Part shown: positions 21,505-31,575 of the stretch, one piece after another
Layout: the number at the start of each line of letters is the position of its first letter
Numbering within the stretch: the first letter of the stretch is position 1
DNA from: Candidatus Latescibacterota bacterium
GTDB taxonomy: Bacteria > Latescibacterota > UBA2968 > UBA8231
Reading direction: 5' to 3'
DNA: 64,000 nt
Assembly (NCBI GenBank): GCA_965203355.1
Contig: OZ241889.1
Location: 4,000,001-4,064,000, forward strand
The notes under the pieces: generated by a model
Database searches by the model: none
Told to the model about the DNA's origin: nothing
Seen by the model: the letters and a program-made list of their open reading frames with translations, nothing else
Made by a program: the position numbers and the translations under genes

Positions 21505-22746
21505 ATGTCCGTACAATTTGCCCTGCCCGACTTGGGAGAAAACATTGAAAGCGGCGATGTAATCCGCATCCTCGTCGCCGTCGGCGACCCCCTCGCCGAA
21601 GATCAGACCGTTATCGAGCTCGAAACCGACAAAGCCGTCATTGAGGTGCCTTCTTCCGTAGATGGCACCGTTGCCGAAATTCTCGTCCAACAGGGCGACA
21701 CCATTGCCGTCGGGCAGCCCATCCTCGAAGTCGAGGTAGCCGCAGCCGAGGAAACGCCCCCACCACCGGCCGAGGAACCGACTTCAATCCCGACCACGCC
21801 GGTCTCGGTCCTCGAAGAAGCCCCGCCCACGCCGGCCCCGGTCTCTACAGACGGTCCCGTCCCAGCCGCGCCCTCAACGCGCCGCCTCGCCCGCGAAATT
21901 GGCGTCGATATCGCGCAGGTCCAAGGCGCGGGCCCGGGCGGCCGGATCTCCATCGACGACGTCAAGGCGCACTCAAAAAAGCTACACGCAGCTCGGGCGG
22001 CGGCTCCAGCCCCAACCGCCCCGCTGCCCGACTTTAGCCAGTGGGGCGCTGTCGAGCACCAGCCCATGACCAAGGTGCGCACGATAACGGCCGAGCGTCT
22101 CGCGCAGGCTTGGGCCACCATCCCGCAAGTCACCCAGTTCGACAAAGCCGACATCACCCGCTTGGAAAAGTGGCGCGCGGAATACGGCAAAAAGGCCGAA
22201 GCCGGCGGCGGCAAGCTGACGCCAACCGCGATCCTCATCAAAGTGCTCGGCATCGCCCTCAAGGTCTTTCCGCAGTTCAACGCCAGCATCGACATGGCCC
22301 AGCGGAAAGTCGTGTACAAACGCTATTTCCACATCGGCATTGCCGTCGATACTCCCCACGGCCTGCTCGTGCCCGTGGTGCGCAACGTAGACCAAAAGAA
22401 CATCATCGAATTGGCGGTCGAGTTGAGCGAAATGGCGCAAAAGACGCGCGAGCGCAAGATCGCGCCAGCCGACATGCAGGGCGGGTCCATGACCATCAGC
22501 AACGTCGGCACCATGGGCGGTACGGCCTTCACGCCCATCGTCAACCCACCCGAAGTGGCCATCCTCGGGGTGGCGCGCTCGCAAGTCGAACCCGCTTATA
22601 TCGGCGGTCAGCTTCAGCCGCGCACCTTCCTGCCCCTGTCGCTGTCCTACGATCACCGCCTGATCGACGGGGCCGATGGTGCGCGTTTCCTCCGCTGGGT
22701 TTGCACGGCACTGGAAGACCCCTTTATCGCGCTCCTAGAAGGCTGA
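21505..22746 (+). CDS. aceF: Dihydrolipoamide acetyltransferase E2 (one lipoyl domain)
   Basis: ETDKA lipoyl Lys, E3-binding domain, DHRLIDG. Confidence 0.95.
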   Translation: MSVQFALPDLGENIESGDVIRILVAVGDPLAEDQTVIELETDKAVIEVPSSVDGTVAEILVQQGDTIAVGQPILEVEVAAAEETPPPPAEEPTSIPTTPVSVLEEAPPTPAPVSTDGPVPAAPSTRRLAREIGVDIAQVQGAGPGGRISIDDVKAHSKKLHAARAAAPAPTAPLPDFSQWGAVEHQPMTKVRTITAERLAQAWATIPQVTQFDKADITRLEKWRAEYGKKAEAGGGKLTPTAILIKVLGIALKVFPQFNASIDMAQRKVVYKRYFHIGIAVDTPHGLLVPVVRNVDQKNIIELAVELSEMAQKTRERKIAPADMQGGSMTISNVGTMGGTAFTPIVNPPEVAILGVARSQVEPAYIGGQLQPRTFLPLSLSYDHRLIDGADGARFLRWVCTALEDPFIALLEG

Positions 22747-22754
22747 AGGCGGCC

Positions 22755-24170
22755 ATGGACAAAGCTCAGCTAGCGGTCATCGGCGGCGGTCCCGGGGGAT
22801 ACGTCGCCGCCTTTAAGGCCGCGGACTTGGGGTTGGATGTCGCCCTGATCGATCCCGAAGCCCATCCGGGCGGCGTCTGTCTCTACCGAGGCTGCATCCC
22901 TTCCAAGGCCCTCCTGCACATTTCCAAGCTGCTCTACGAAGCCAAGGAAGCCGAGCACTGGGGCATCCAATTCGCCCAACCCGAGATTGACCTCGACAAG
23001 CTGCGGACCAAAAAAGACGAGGTCGTCGCCCAGATGACGCAGGGCTTAGGCCAACTCGTCAGGGCGCGCAAGCTGACCTACGTGCGGGGCCGCGCCCGCT
23101 TCCTCGACCCGCACACCCTACAAATCGACAAAGCCGACGGCAGCCAAGACTCCTTGCCATTTGAACAAGCCATCCTCGCCACGGGGTCGCGCCCAGCCGT
23201 GCCAGCGCTCTTTGATCAGCCGAGCGACCGGATCATGGACTCGACCGCGGCCGTCGCACTGCGCGACATCCCCGCCTCTATGCTCGTCGTCGGCGGCGGC
23301 ATCATCGGCCTGGAGCTGGGGCAGGTGTACGCGGCGCTGGGCACTCGAGTTTCGGTCGTCGAAATGCTGCCCGGGCTGATCCCCCCGGCCGACCGCGACT
23401 TGGTCAAACCGCTGCACAATAAGGCCACCGAGCGCTTCGACGAGATCATGCTCAGCACCCAAGTGACCGCACTCGCAGAACGCGACGATGGCTTAGCAGT
23501 ACAATTACAAAACAGCGACGGCCAGCGCTTGGCCAAGACCTACGCCAAAATCCTGCTCGCCGTGGGCCGGATTCCCAATAGCGAAGACTTGGGCTTGGAA
23601 AACACGGCCGTCGGCCTCGACGAGCGCGGCTACGTCCAAGTCGATGATCAACTGCGCACGGCCGAGGCTTCGATTTTCGCCATCGGCGATCTCGTCGGAG
23701 CAGCCCTCGCGCACACGGCCGCCCACCAAGGGAGCTTGGCCGCCGAGGTCGCCGCCGGGCACGAAAAACAGATATTCGCGCCCCAAGCCATTCCCAACGT
23801 CGTCTACACCGACCCGGAAATCGCCTGGTGCGGCCTCACCGAAGCAGAAGCCAAACAGCAGGGCCGCTCGGTCGCGGTCGCGCGCTTTCCTTGGTCGGCT
23901 TCTGGCCGCGCCGCAACCCAAGGCACCAGCGACGGCCTCACCAAGCTGCTCATCGACCCCCAGACCGACCGCATCCTAGGCGTGGGCATTGCCGGCCGGG
24001 GCGCCGGTGAGCTGATCGCCGAGGGCGTCTTGGCCGTGGAGATGGCCGCGCTTGCGGCCGATGTCCAGCTTTCGATTCACCCCCATCCCACGCTCTCGGA
24101 AACCCTCATGGAAGCGGCCGAAAGCCACTACGGCCAAAGCACCCACCTCTACGCGCCCAAACGACGCTGA
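22755..24170 (+). CDS. lpdA: Dihydrolipoyl dehydrogenase E3
   Basis: GGGPGGY, GGVCLYRGCIPSK, HPHPTLSE; ATG at 22755. Confidence 0.96.
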   Translation: MDKAQLAVIGGGPGGYVAAFKAADLGLDVALIDPEAHPGGVCLYRGCIPSKALLHISKLLYEAKEAEHWGIQFAQPEIDLDKLRTKKDEVVAQMTQGLGQLVRARKLTYVRGRARFLDPHTLQIDKADGSQDSLPFEQAILATGSRPAVPALFDQPSDRIMDSTAAVALRDIPASMLVVGGGIIGLELGQVYAALGTRVSVVEMLPGLIPPADRDLVKPLHNKATERFDEIMLSTQVTALAERDDGLAVQLQNSDGQRLAKTYAKILLAVGRIPNSEDLGLENTAVGLDERGYVQVDDQLRTAEASIFAIGDLVGAALAHTAAHQGSLAAEVAAGHEKQIFAPQAIPNVVYTDPEIAWCGLTEAEAKQQGRSVAVARFPWSASGRAATQGTSDGLTKLLIDPQTDRILGVGIAGRGAGELIAEGVLAVEMAALAADVQLSIHPHPTLSETLMEAAESHYGQSTHLYAPKRR

Positions 24171-24862
24171 AGCACGACCTCCAGGGTCCTAAGATGCGCC
24201 TCCGCCCGCACCGCTAGCGGCCATTCGCTGGGCGTCTCGCTGATCAGCGCGTGTTCGGTGTGATGCGCATACAAGTAGGGTGCCAATCCAGCCTCGCCCC
24301 ACTCTGGATCAATCAGGAAGACGCCTTCGGCAATCACTTTGTCGCTTTCGCCGGATTCTCCGTCAATCGGCATCACCGCGCGCACTTGCTCGACAATGGC
24401 CGGCCCGAGCCACTGCTGGTCGCGCTTGGCCTCATAGCAGTAAAACCCCGACGCCTCCCAGTCCTCGTGAAAGTCCAGCGCACAGTCAAAGTGCCGACCG
24501 CTCAGCAATGCTTTGAGTTGCGCCACGAGCGGCACTGCATCGCCGCCAAACTCCCGATTGCAATCCAAGCCGGCTTCGTTTTCGCGGGTATTGTGGACAT
24601 AGCCGTGCGGATTGAGGCAGGGCAAGATCAGAAACTGACAACGCTGGACGAGACGCGGACTCAGTTTCTCGGCAAAGCGCAGCGCGGCTTCTGGCCCGGC
24701 TGGCTCGTCCCCGTGCAACCCGGCCGTCAGCAGGATTCGCGCCTGAGTACCGCTTCCTAATTCTAGGGCGTAAATCGGGTATCCACCGCACTCGGCTACT
24801 AGCTGTGTTGGCCCTACCGCCTGCAGACGATGCCACAACATCGCATAATCGCGTTTCTTCAT
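24149..24862 (-). CDS. M14-family zinc carboxypeptidase / deacylase
   Basis: GLHGDEPAG, NPHG..HNTREN..G.D.NR, DFHED, ETP motifs. Confidence 0.8.
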   Translation of the reverse strand: MKKRDYAMLWHRLQAVGPTQLVAECGGYPIYALELGSGTQARILLTAGLHGDEPAGPEAALRFAEKLSPRLVQRCQFLILPCLNPHGYVHNTRENEAGLDCNREFGGDAVPLVAQLKALLSGRHFDCALDFHEDWEASGFYCYEAKRDQQWLGPAIVEQVRAVMPIDGESGESDKVIAEGVFLIDPEWGEAGLAPYLYAHHTEHALISETPSEWPLAVRAEAHLRTLEVVLQRRLGA

Positions 24863-24975
24863 TTTTACGGCCCTCCTCGGCCCTTTGCGCTGCTGTTGCA
24901 CCTTGTTATTTTTAAGAACAGAACGCGCTGCTGGCGCGTCCCACTAGCTATCCACCTCAAACCTTTGCCATACCG

Positions 24976-27096
24976 ATGACCAACAAAGCCAAATGGGCTT
25001 GGACAACGCTGTTTCTGAGCCTACTGGTCCTATTGCCTGCCGTCTATTTCTATTTCTCGGAATCCCCTAAGCCGCTCCCCACGCCGCAGCCGCCTAGCCC
25101 AATTGCCGCGCTGATCGCCGACGACCGCTGCGATCTCGCCTATCCCCAACTCGCGGCGCTAGATGCGACCCAACGCCCGCCGACCGCTCAAGCGCATATC
25201 GAGTTCCAGCGGGCGTTTTGCGAGCGCGTTCTCAAAGAGCCAAGCCGCGCGTACACTCGTTTGCGCGACCTCGACCTACCGGGCTTGGACGACTACCGCC
25301 GCTTCTGGATGGCCCGCTCGCTAGAGGACCTGGGCCAGACGCACGATGCCATCGCCGAATACGAAAATTTTCTCGCTACCTCGGCCAACCCGATCCTCCG
25401 CAACCCAGCCAGCCTGCGCTTGGCTTCCCTCTACCGTTCTTCCGGGCACTACGCCAAGGCCGTCCCCCTATACGAAGAACAACTCGCGCAGAACGCCGAT
25501 CCAGCGCGCGTGCTCTACTTGCTCGCAATCACGAGCCAAAAGCACGACTCGGCGCGGGCGCAAAATTGGCGTTTAGAACTGCTGGAAAAACACCCCCACT
25601 CCGGGCACGCCCGCAAGAGTCTGTCGCACTTGCCCAAAAAGCTAGACGCCCGCACGGCTTATGCCAAGGCCCAAACCTACTATAGCCACCGGCAATTCAA
25701 CCAAGCCATCAAGAGCTTTCACAGCTTCATCCGCGAACACCGCGGCCATCAGCGCGTTGCCCAAGCGCACTACATGCTCGGCCAAGCCCACCTAGCGGCC
25801 GGGCACTACACCAAGGCCGAGCAAGTTTTTCGCACGGTTCACGATCGCTACGGTAAGCCAGCGGCCCTTTATCGCCTCGCCAGTCTCTCGGTCCGCAGAA
25901 ACCGCGAAGACCAGGCCATTACGGCCTACGCGAACTTTGCCGAGCGCTATCCCCAGCACGACTTGGCCGACGACGCCCTGTGGCAAGCCGCCAAAGCCGC
26001 CGAGCGCAAAAGTCAGTTCGCCCGCGCCGAGGCACTCTATCGCCGCCTAGCCGAGCACTACCCGCAAACCGATTACGGCGACGAAGCGCGTTGGAGCGTC
26101 GGTTTCGCGCTCTATTGCCAAGCGCAATACTCCGAAGCCTTGGCCGCTTTTGAGCGCACCAGTCAGCAGGCGCGCCAGCCCCACCTCATCGACCAATCCC
26201 TGTATTGGGCGGGAAAAAGTGCCGAGCGGCTCGGTCAAACAAAGGACGCCACCGCGTTCTACCGCCGCGCGGCCACCGGATTCCCCCGCTCGTACTACTC
26301 GGCCCGCGCTGTCCAACTGGGCCATAGAGACCAAGTTCAACTCAAGGGACGATCCGCCGACAGCTTCGGCCAAGGCGTCCCACCGCTGGCGCACCGGGCC
26401 CACCTAGAACGCGCTGGCTTGCTGAACCAACTAGGGCTGAGGGATTGGTCAAGAGCCGAGATGGAGCAAGCCGTCCTCGACCACACGGGCCACAAGGCTG
26501 CGCTCAAGGCCATCCGCGACTACTACGAAGCACTCGGCTATCGCGACCAAGCACTGCGGCTGTCGATGCGCCTGTTCGACGGGCAAGACCCGGCCGAACT
26601 GTCGCGCATCTACCCGACTTACTACTGGGCAGAGATCGCCGCGGCCGCAGCCGAGGCCCAAATCGACCCTTATCTGGTCTTATCGGTAATTCGCCAGGAA
26701 AGCACGTTTAACGAAAAAGCGGTGTCGCGGGCCGGCGCTAGAGGCCTGATGCAGATCATGCCCCACACCGGCCTCAATCTCGCGCGGCAGTTGGCGGTAA
26801 AACCCTTTGAACTGCAGGCACTCTTTGATCCGGCCGTTTCCATCCGCTTGGGTAGTTATTTTCTCGGCGACCAAATGCGCCAATTTGCCGCCAGCGCGGG
26901 CGCGGACTTGGGCTTTGAACTGGGCTTGGCCGCGTACAACGCCGGCCCGCACAACGCCCGCCGATGGCTCAAGACCTTTCCCTCCGAGGACCCGGACGCC
27001 TTCGTCGAGCACATCCCCTTCAAAGAAACCCGCCTCTACGTCAAGCTAGTCCTCAAAAACTACGCCATTTACAAGGCCCTGTCCGATGACGCCTGA
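24976..27096 (+). CDS. TPR-containing soluble lytic transglycosylase
   Basis: N-terminal TM, TPR-like repeats, IRQESTF, GLMQIMP, AAYNAG, ETRLYV. Confidence 0.92.
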   Translation: MTNKAKWAWTTLFLSLLVLLPAVYFYFSESPKPLPTPQPPSPIAALIADDRCDLAYPQLAALDATQRPPTAQAHIEFQRAFCERVLKEPSRAYTRLRDLDLPGLDDYRRFWMARSLEDLGQTHDAIAEYENFLATSANPILRNPASLRLASLYRSSGHYAKAVPLYEEQLAQNADPARVLYLLAITSQKHDSARAQNWRLELLEKHPHSGHARKSLSHLPKKLDARTAYAKAQTYYSHRQFNQAIKSFHSFIREHRGHQRVAQAHYMLGQAHLAAGHYTKAEQVFRTVHDRYGKPAALYRLASLSVRRNREDQAITAYANFAERYPQHDLADDALWQAAKAAERKSQFARAEALYRRLAEHYPQTDYGDEARWSVGFALYCQAQYSEALAAFERTSQQARQPHLIDQSLYWAGKSAERLGQTKDATAFYRRAATGFPRSYYSARAVQLGHRDQVQLKGRSADSFGQGVPPLAHRAHLERAGLLNQLGLRDWSRAEMEQAVLDHTGHKAALKAIRDYYEALGYRDQALRLSMRLFDGQDPAELSRIYPTYYWAEIAAAAAEAQIDPYLVLSVIRQESTFNEKAVSRAGARGLMQIMPHTGLNLARQLAVKPFELQALFDPAVSIRLGSYFLGDQMRQFAASAGADLGFELGLAAYNAGPHNARRWLKTFPSEDPDAFVEHIPFKETRLYVKLVLKNYAIYKALSDDA

Positions 27097-27364
27097 ACCC
27101 GAAGAGTCGCGAGAAAAAAGGCACAAGCTAATCGAAGATGTTTTCATCTTGCTCTGCATCGCCAGCCTGTGGCCCGTGGTGTTAGGCTGGACCGAGCCGA
27201 TCTATCAGTATTTGCTCTACGCAGCACTGGCGGGTCTGATCTTCATTTTCATCCGGCGCGTCCGCCGCTTCCACGACGCCCGCAACGCCCTCCGCGATGC
27301 CGAGGACGGCCCGCAGATAAGCCCCCCGCCCAAGCGCGACGAGACCGATCATTCGCAGAATTGA
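27086..27364 (+). CDS. Small two-TM hypothetical protein
   Basis: Start overlaps transglycosylase stop; two hydrophobic segments. Confidence 0.6.
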   Translation: MTPEPEESREKRHKLIEDVFILLCIASLWPVVLGWTEPIYQYLLYAALAGLIFIFIRRVRRFHDARNALRDAEDGPQISPPPKRDETDHSQN

Positions 27365-27492
27365 GGCGGGGACGATGATCAACCTGAATTTGGGAGTCAA
27401 GACCGTCCCGGTGGTCGAGCATCAAATAGACGAGAGTTTCTTTAGCTATTTAGCCGAGAAGTCGATGCGAGCAAGCACTGTGCGCTAGCGTT

Positions 27493-28392
27493 TCACCGCC
27501 CTCGGCCCAGCCGCTCCAACGCCAAGACCAACACCGCGCCCGCCGCAATCAGTCCCAAACTCAGCCAAACCTCGCCGTTGAACTCCTGCGGCCACGTGCA
27601 TTCGTAGCACCCGTTCTCCAGCGCGTTGCGGAACGGCCACACCTTGCCCAGAGAACCCAACATCAACCCCACCAAACAGGCCATCGTACTAGCGCGAAAG
27701 TGGGTCAGCAGGCGTTTGAGTAGCCGCGAAAAGCCGAGCAAACCAACGACCGCTCCAACGCCAAAAAGGGCCAAAACCTCCCAATCGAACTCGTGTACCG
27801 CGGTCAAAACCTGCTGGTATTTGCCCATGACCACCAGCAGAAACGAGCCGCTAATCCCCGGCAGAATCATCGCGCAGATGGCCACCATGCCAGCCAGCAC
27901 AAACTTGTAGCCTTCAACCCCAGTCTCGACCGGCACCAACGTGGTGATGGCATAGCCAACTACTGCGCCGAGCCCGGTCAGCCCCCATTGCGCCATCCCC
28001 CATCCGGCGACCTGCCGTGCGACCACGAGCGCACTGGCTAAGATCAGCCCCGTGAAAAAACCCCACACAGGCTGAGGGTGCGCTGCCAGCAGCCAAGTTA
28101 TGAACTTGGCCAGCGAGACAATCGCCAAACCCACGCCGCACAGCAGCGGCACCAAAAAAGAAGCATTGACGCGGTGCAACACCTCGATCAAGCGTCCCCG
28201 CACCAAGGCACGCACGAGCCGTTGATCAACGGCGGCAATCGTCCCGACCAGTTCGTCGTAAATGCCCGTGACCAAGGCGATCGTCCCCCCGGAAACCCCG
28301 GGAATCACATCGGCCGTGCCCATGCAAAGCCCGCGCAAAACCAACCCAAGTGCGCGTCGTCTGCCTTCGATTAGCAACTCACTTGCTGTCAC
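27493..28392 (-). CDS. DUF368 membrane protein (putative undecaprenyl-phosphate translocase family)
   Basis: MGTADVIPGVSGGT and AMILPGISGS re-entrant motifs; GTG start inferred. Confidence 0.88.
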   Translation of the reverse strand: MTASELLIEGRRRALGLVLRGLCMGTADVIPGVSGGTIALVTGIYDELVGTIAAVDQRLVRALVRGRLIEVLHRVNASFLVPLLCGVGLAIVSLAKFITWLLAAHPQPVWGFFTGLILASALVVARQVAGWGMAQWGLTGLGAVVGYAITTLVPVETGVEGYKFVLAGMVAICAMILPGISGSFLLVVMGKYQQVLTAVHEFDWEVLALFGVGAVVGLLGFSRLLKRLLTHFRASTMACLVGLMLGSLGKVWPFRNALENGCYECTWPQEFNGEVWLSLGLIAAGAVLVLALERLGRGR

Positions 28393-29506
28393 CAAACAGC
28401 TCCATCTGCGGGGTGTGCTTGCGCATGAACTCGGCAATCAGGCGATCAGCACGCGGCAGGGCGAAGTCGTCCAACGCCTCCGGCGTGACCCAGCGCCAAG
28501 CAGCGCAGCCCAGCGTCTGAGGGGTGCCGCACACATAGCGCGCGGCAAACGCATGTAAGGTGATGCTAAAATGCGAATAGGCGTGATCCACGCTCGTCAG
28601 GCGCGCTCCCACCTCAATCTCAATGCCCAACTCCTCGCGGATCTCGCGCACCAAGCATTCTGAAAGGGTCTCGCCGGGCTCCTGCTTGCCCCCGGGAAAC
28701 TCCCACAGGCCACCGAGCATCCCGGCGGCTGGCCGCTGGGCAATCAACAACTCGTCGCCCTTGCGAATCAAGCCAGCCGCCACCTGATAATGCGGCTTCT
28801 GTTTCTTCGGGGCTTTGCGCGGCAGAGCGGCCGGGGCGTCCAGTTCGGCCTTGGCCCGGCACCAGTCGCCAACCGGACACGTCGGGCAGGAAGGGCTTTG
28901 CGGCGTGCAAACCCGCGCACCCAATTCCATCATCGCCTGATTGAAGTCGCCGGCCTCGCCCCGGGCCAACAGGGTCTCGCCAGCCGCGATGAGTCGCGCC
29001 TTGACCTGAGCGCGAGTCGGCTCTTCCTCAATCCGCAGCAAGCGGCAGAGCACCCGGGTCACGTTGCCGTCGAGCACCGGGTGGTCGCGGTCAAAGGCAA
29101 TGCTGCTGACGGCCGCGGCCGTGTATTGGCCAATCCCAGGCAGCTCAATCAGCGCTTGATACGTATCCGGTATGCGGCCTCCCAACTCAAAGGCCACGCG
29201 CTTAGCGGCCTTGTGCATGTTGCGCGCCCGCGCATAATAGCCCAAGCCCTCCCAGACCTTGAGCACTTGGTCCTCGGAAGCAGCAGCCAGCGTTTGCAGC
29301 GTGGGAAATGCGCGGATGAAACGCTCGAAATAAGGGGCCATCTGATCCACCCGAGTCTGTTGCAACATGACCTCGGATACCCAGACGTGATAGGGATTGT
29401 CGCTGTCGCGCCAGCTCGTCTGCCGCTTGTTTTGGCGATACCACGCCAAAAGCTGAGTGCGGAAGGCGCGGAGCGCACCTTGGTCGTCGAGCAAGCGGCC
29501 GCTCAA
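28379..29506 (-). CDS. mutY: A/G-specific adenine glycosylase with C-terminal Nudix (MutT-like) domain
   Basis: VSEVMLQQT, WEGLGYYARARN, LPGIGQYTA HhH, CTPQSPSCPTCPVGDWC Fe-S motif. Confidence 0.95.
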   Translation of the reverse strand: MSGRLLDDQGALRAFRTQLLAWYRQNKRQTSWRDSDNPYHVWVSEVMLQQTRVDQMAPYFERFIRAFPTLQTLAAASEDQVLKVWEGLGYYARARNMHKAAKRVAFELGGRIPDTYQALIELPGIGQYTAAAVSSIAFDRDHPVLDGNVTRVLCRLLRIEEEPTRAQVKARLIAAGETLLARGEAGDFNQAMMELGARVCTPQSPSCPTCPVGDWCRAKAELDAPAALPRKAPKKQKPHYQVAAGLIRKGDELLIAQRPAAGMLGGLWEFPGGKQEPGETLSECLVREIREELGIEIEVGARLTSVDHAYSHFSITLHAFAARYVCGTPQTLGCAAWRWVTPEALDDFALPRADRLIAEFMRKHTPQMELFGDSK

Positions 29507-30459
29507 TCGTCCCCCTCTTCCGGCCAGCCGGTCTGCGGCATGGCTTTGCTATCCCCGACCGTCTCGGCGGCCAAGAGCGCATCGACGACCGCGGCGGCGG
29601 CCGCGGCCGCTCCAGCGGCAAACAGCGCATAGAGCGTTTCTTCGCCCACCATCCGCACCGGTGCGAGGCCCGTAGTGGAAAAGGCGAGGACCAAGCCCTC
29701 GCGCGTCTGTGTGCTCCACAAACCCGTCCGCGCCAGCCCCAGTGCAGCGCGACCAGCCAAACGCTCTAGCTGACGCGGGATTAGCGGCGCGTCCGTGGCC
29801 ACGATCGCGGCAAAAGTCTGCGGCCCGCCGGCTCCCTCACCTACCGGCTGGACGCGACCAGCCCAATGCAACTCGCGCCCTCCGTTGACTGCGGCCAGCA
29901 CGCCCAGTGCGTATTCGCCAGCCCGGCGCGAGGCCGTGCCAATGCCGCCCTTGTAGCCAAAGGCCTGCAATCCGCCGCCGACTCCAGCATTGCCGGTGGG
30001 CACCGTGCGGCCAGCACTGGCCAACGCCTCTTCCGCGTGGGCGTGCGTCAGGACCCGGCGGACGAGCACCGGGTCGTTGACAGCCGTATCGTCGATCCCC
30101 ACGACGACCGGCGGCCAGCCAGCCGCGGTCGATAGCCCAGGGTCGCGGCGCAAGCTGTGGCGAATCAGGGATTCGTACACCCGGCCAACGACCGGGGACG
30201 GGGCAAGGACAATAGGCGAGGAAAAGGTGCCGAAATCTTCGGCGACCCCCAGGCCGCTCATCGCGTCGCCGCCGTCTATGGAGAAGCGACCGATAAACAG
30301 CTTGCGCTCACGTACTGAGGCCGGATACGGGATGATGGCGGTAAGGCCAGTGTGCAGGTCGAGCGTGCGAATATCCACGTGCCCCACGCGAACTCCGGCC
30401 ACATCGACAATGGCATTGTGCGGTCCCGCTGCGTTGCCCGCTAGGCGCGCGCGATTCAT
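29503..30459 (-). CDS. DmpA/peptidase S58-like protein, divergent
   Basis: NAIVDVAGVRVGH, KGGIGTASR, ATDAPL motifs. Confidence 0.8.
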   Translation of the reverse strand: MNRARLAGNAAGPHNAIVDVAGVRVGHVDIRTLDLHTGLTAIIPYPASVRERKLFIGRFSIDGGDAMSGLGVAEDFGTFSSPIVLAPSPVVGRVYESLIRHSLRRDPGLSTAAGWPPVVVGIDDTAVNDPVLVRRVLTHAHAEEALASAGRTVPTGNAGVGGGLQAFGYKGGIGTASRRAGEYALGVLAAVNGGRELHWAGRVQPVGEGAGGPQTFAAIVATDAPLIPRQLERLAGRAALGLARTGLWSTQTREGLVLAFSTTGLAPVRMVGEETLYALFAAGAAAAAAAVVDALLAAETVGDSKAMPQTGWPEEGDD

Positions 30460-31574
30460 TTGAGCCGACCGTAGGCACGCATGATTTCGAGCAAGCGGTC
30501 CAGCGGCAGGGCGTGGATGGTATTGCCGCCGCGGCCCGTCATGGTGTGGGCCGTAGTCAGCGAGTTGAGAATGGCTTCCTCCGTGGCCTCAACCACCCCT
30601 TGGAACACGCCCGAGATCCAGCGGTCCGCGAGCATGGCGAGCGCGTCCGACGGCTCGGGAGAGGCCGCGGAAAACGCCAACACGAGGTCGCCGCTGCCGT
30701 GCGTGGAAATAGCACCCGTGCGCGCCATGCCCAAAGCCACCCGCTTGCACACGCGCTGGAGTTGAAACGGGATCAACGGCGCGTCCGTGGCCACGGCCGC
30801 AATCATGGACTTGCTCTTGCTGCCACGCGCGGGCATCCGGTCTGCGATCTCCCGGCCCACCGGGACGCCATCAACGCGCAGCTGAGGCCGGCGGCCAAAA
30901 TTCGCCTGCACCAACACGCCCACGGTGTAGAGTTGATCGCCGCAGGGGACCGTGCGCGACGCCGTGCCAATGCCGGCCTTAAAGCTATAGGCCCGCATCC
31001 CGGTTCCGCCCCCCACGCAGCCTTCGGCTACCGGCCCATCGCGCACCGCGTTGAGGGCCGCGGCGGCGTGGGCGGGCCGCACGTGCCGCCCGACTTCATC
31101 GTGGAGAAACGCAGCCCACGTCTCGCCGACTACGGGCGCGGGTTGCAAATCGCTTTTGAACAAATCGGGATCGCGCGCCAGCATCCACTCCACCGCCCCA
31201 TCGTACACCGCGCCAACGCTGGACGTATTGGTAAAAAGGACCGGGCCAGCCAACAGACCCGTGCGGCGCATAGAGCCTACCCCCATCAACTCGCCGTTGC
31301 CGTTGAGCGTGAAATCAGCCGCCAATGCGGGTGTGCGCGGCACAATCGCCGTCACGCCGGTACACACCAGCCCTCCCTCCTCAATCAGCGTCAGATGGCC
31401 TACCTGTACGCCCTCGACATCGGTGATGGCGTTGTGGGGGCCGGGCGCCAAGTCGCCAATGACAATGCCCAGCTCGCGCAGGCGCACCCGCTCCGGGCGC
31501 ACGGGCGCAGCGCGGCCCAATGCTGGCCACGCAACCGCGCCTAGGCCCAAGCCTAAAAAGGCCCGGCGGTCCAT
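30456..31574 (-). CDS. DmpA/peptidase S58 (P1) family aminopeptidase with Tat signal
   Basis: MDRRAFL twin-arginine signal; NAITDVEGV, NGNGEL, EGCVGGGTGM, KAGIGTASR, ATDAPL, HGSGD. Confidence 0.88.
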   Translation of the reverse strand: MDRRAFLGLGLGAVAWPALGRAAPVRPERVRLRELGIVIGDLAPGPHNAITDVEGVQVGHLTLIEEGGLVCTGVTAIVPRTPALAADFTLNGNGELMGVGSMRRTGLLAGPVLFTNTSSVGAVYDGAVEWMLARDPDLFKSDLQPAPVVGETWAAFLHDEVGRHVRPAHAAAALNAVRDGPVAEGCVGGGTGMRAYSFKAGIGTASRTVPCGDQLYTVGVLVQANFGRRPQLRVDGVPVGREIADRMPARGSKSKSMIAAVATDAPLIPFQLQRVCKRVALGMARTGAISTHGSGDLVLAFSAASPEPSDALAMLADRWISGVFQGVVEATEEAILNSLTTAHTMTGRGGNTIHALPLDRLLEIMRAYGRLK

Positions 31575-31575
31575 G

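Noticed and set aside
22041-22754. 238-aa N-terminal extension on the 709-aa lpdA ORF
   Set aside because: Overlaps aceF in another frame; E3 homology begins at ATG 22755. Open-frame artefact of GC-rich DNA.
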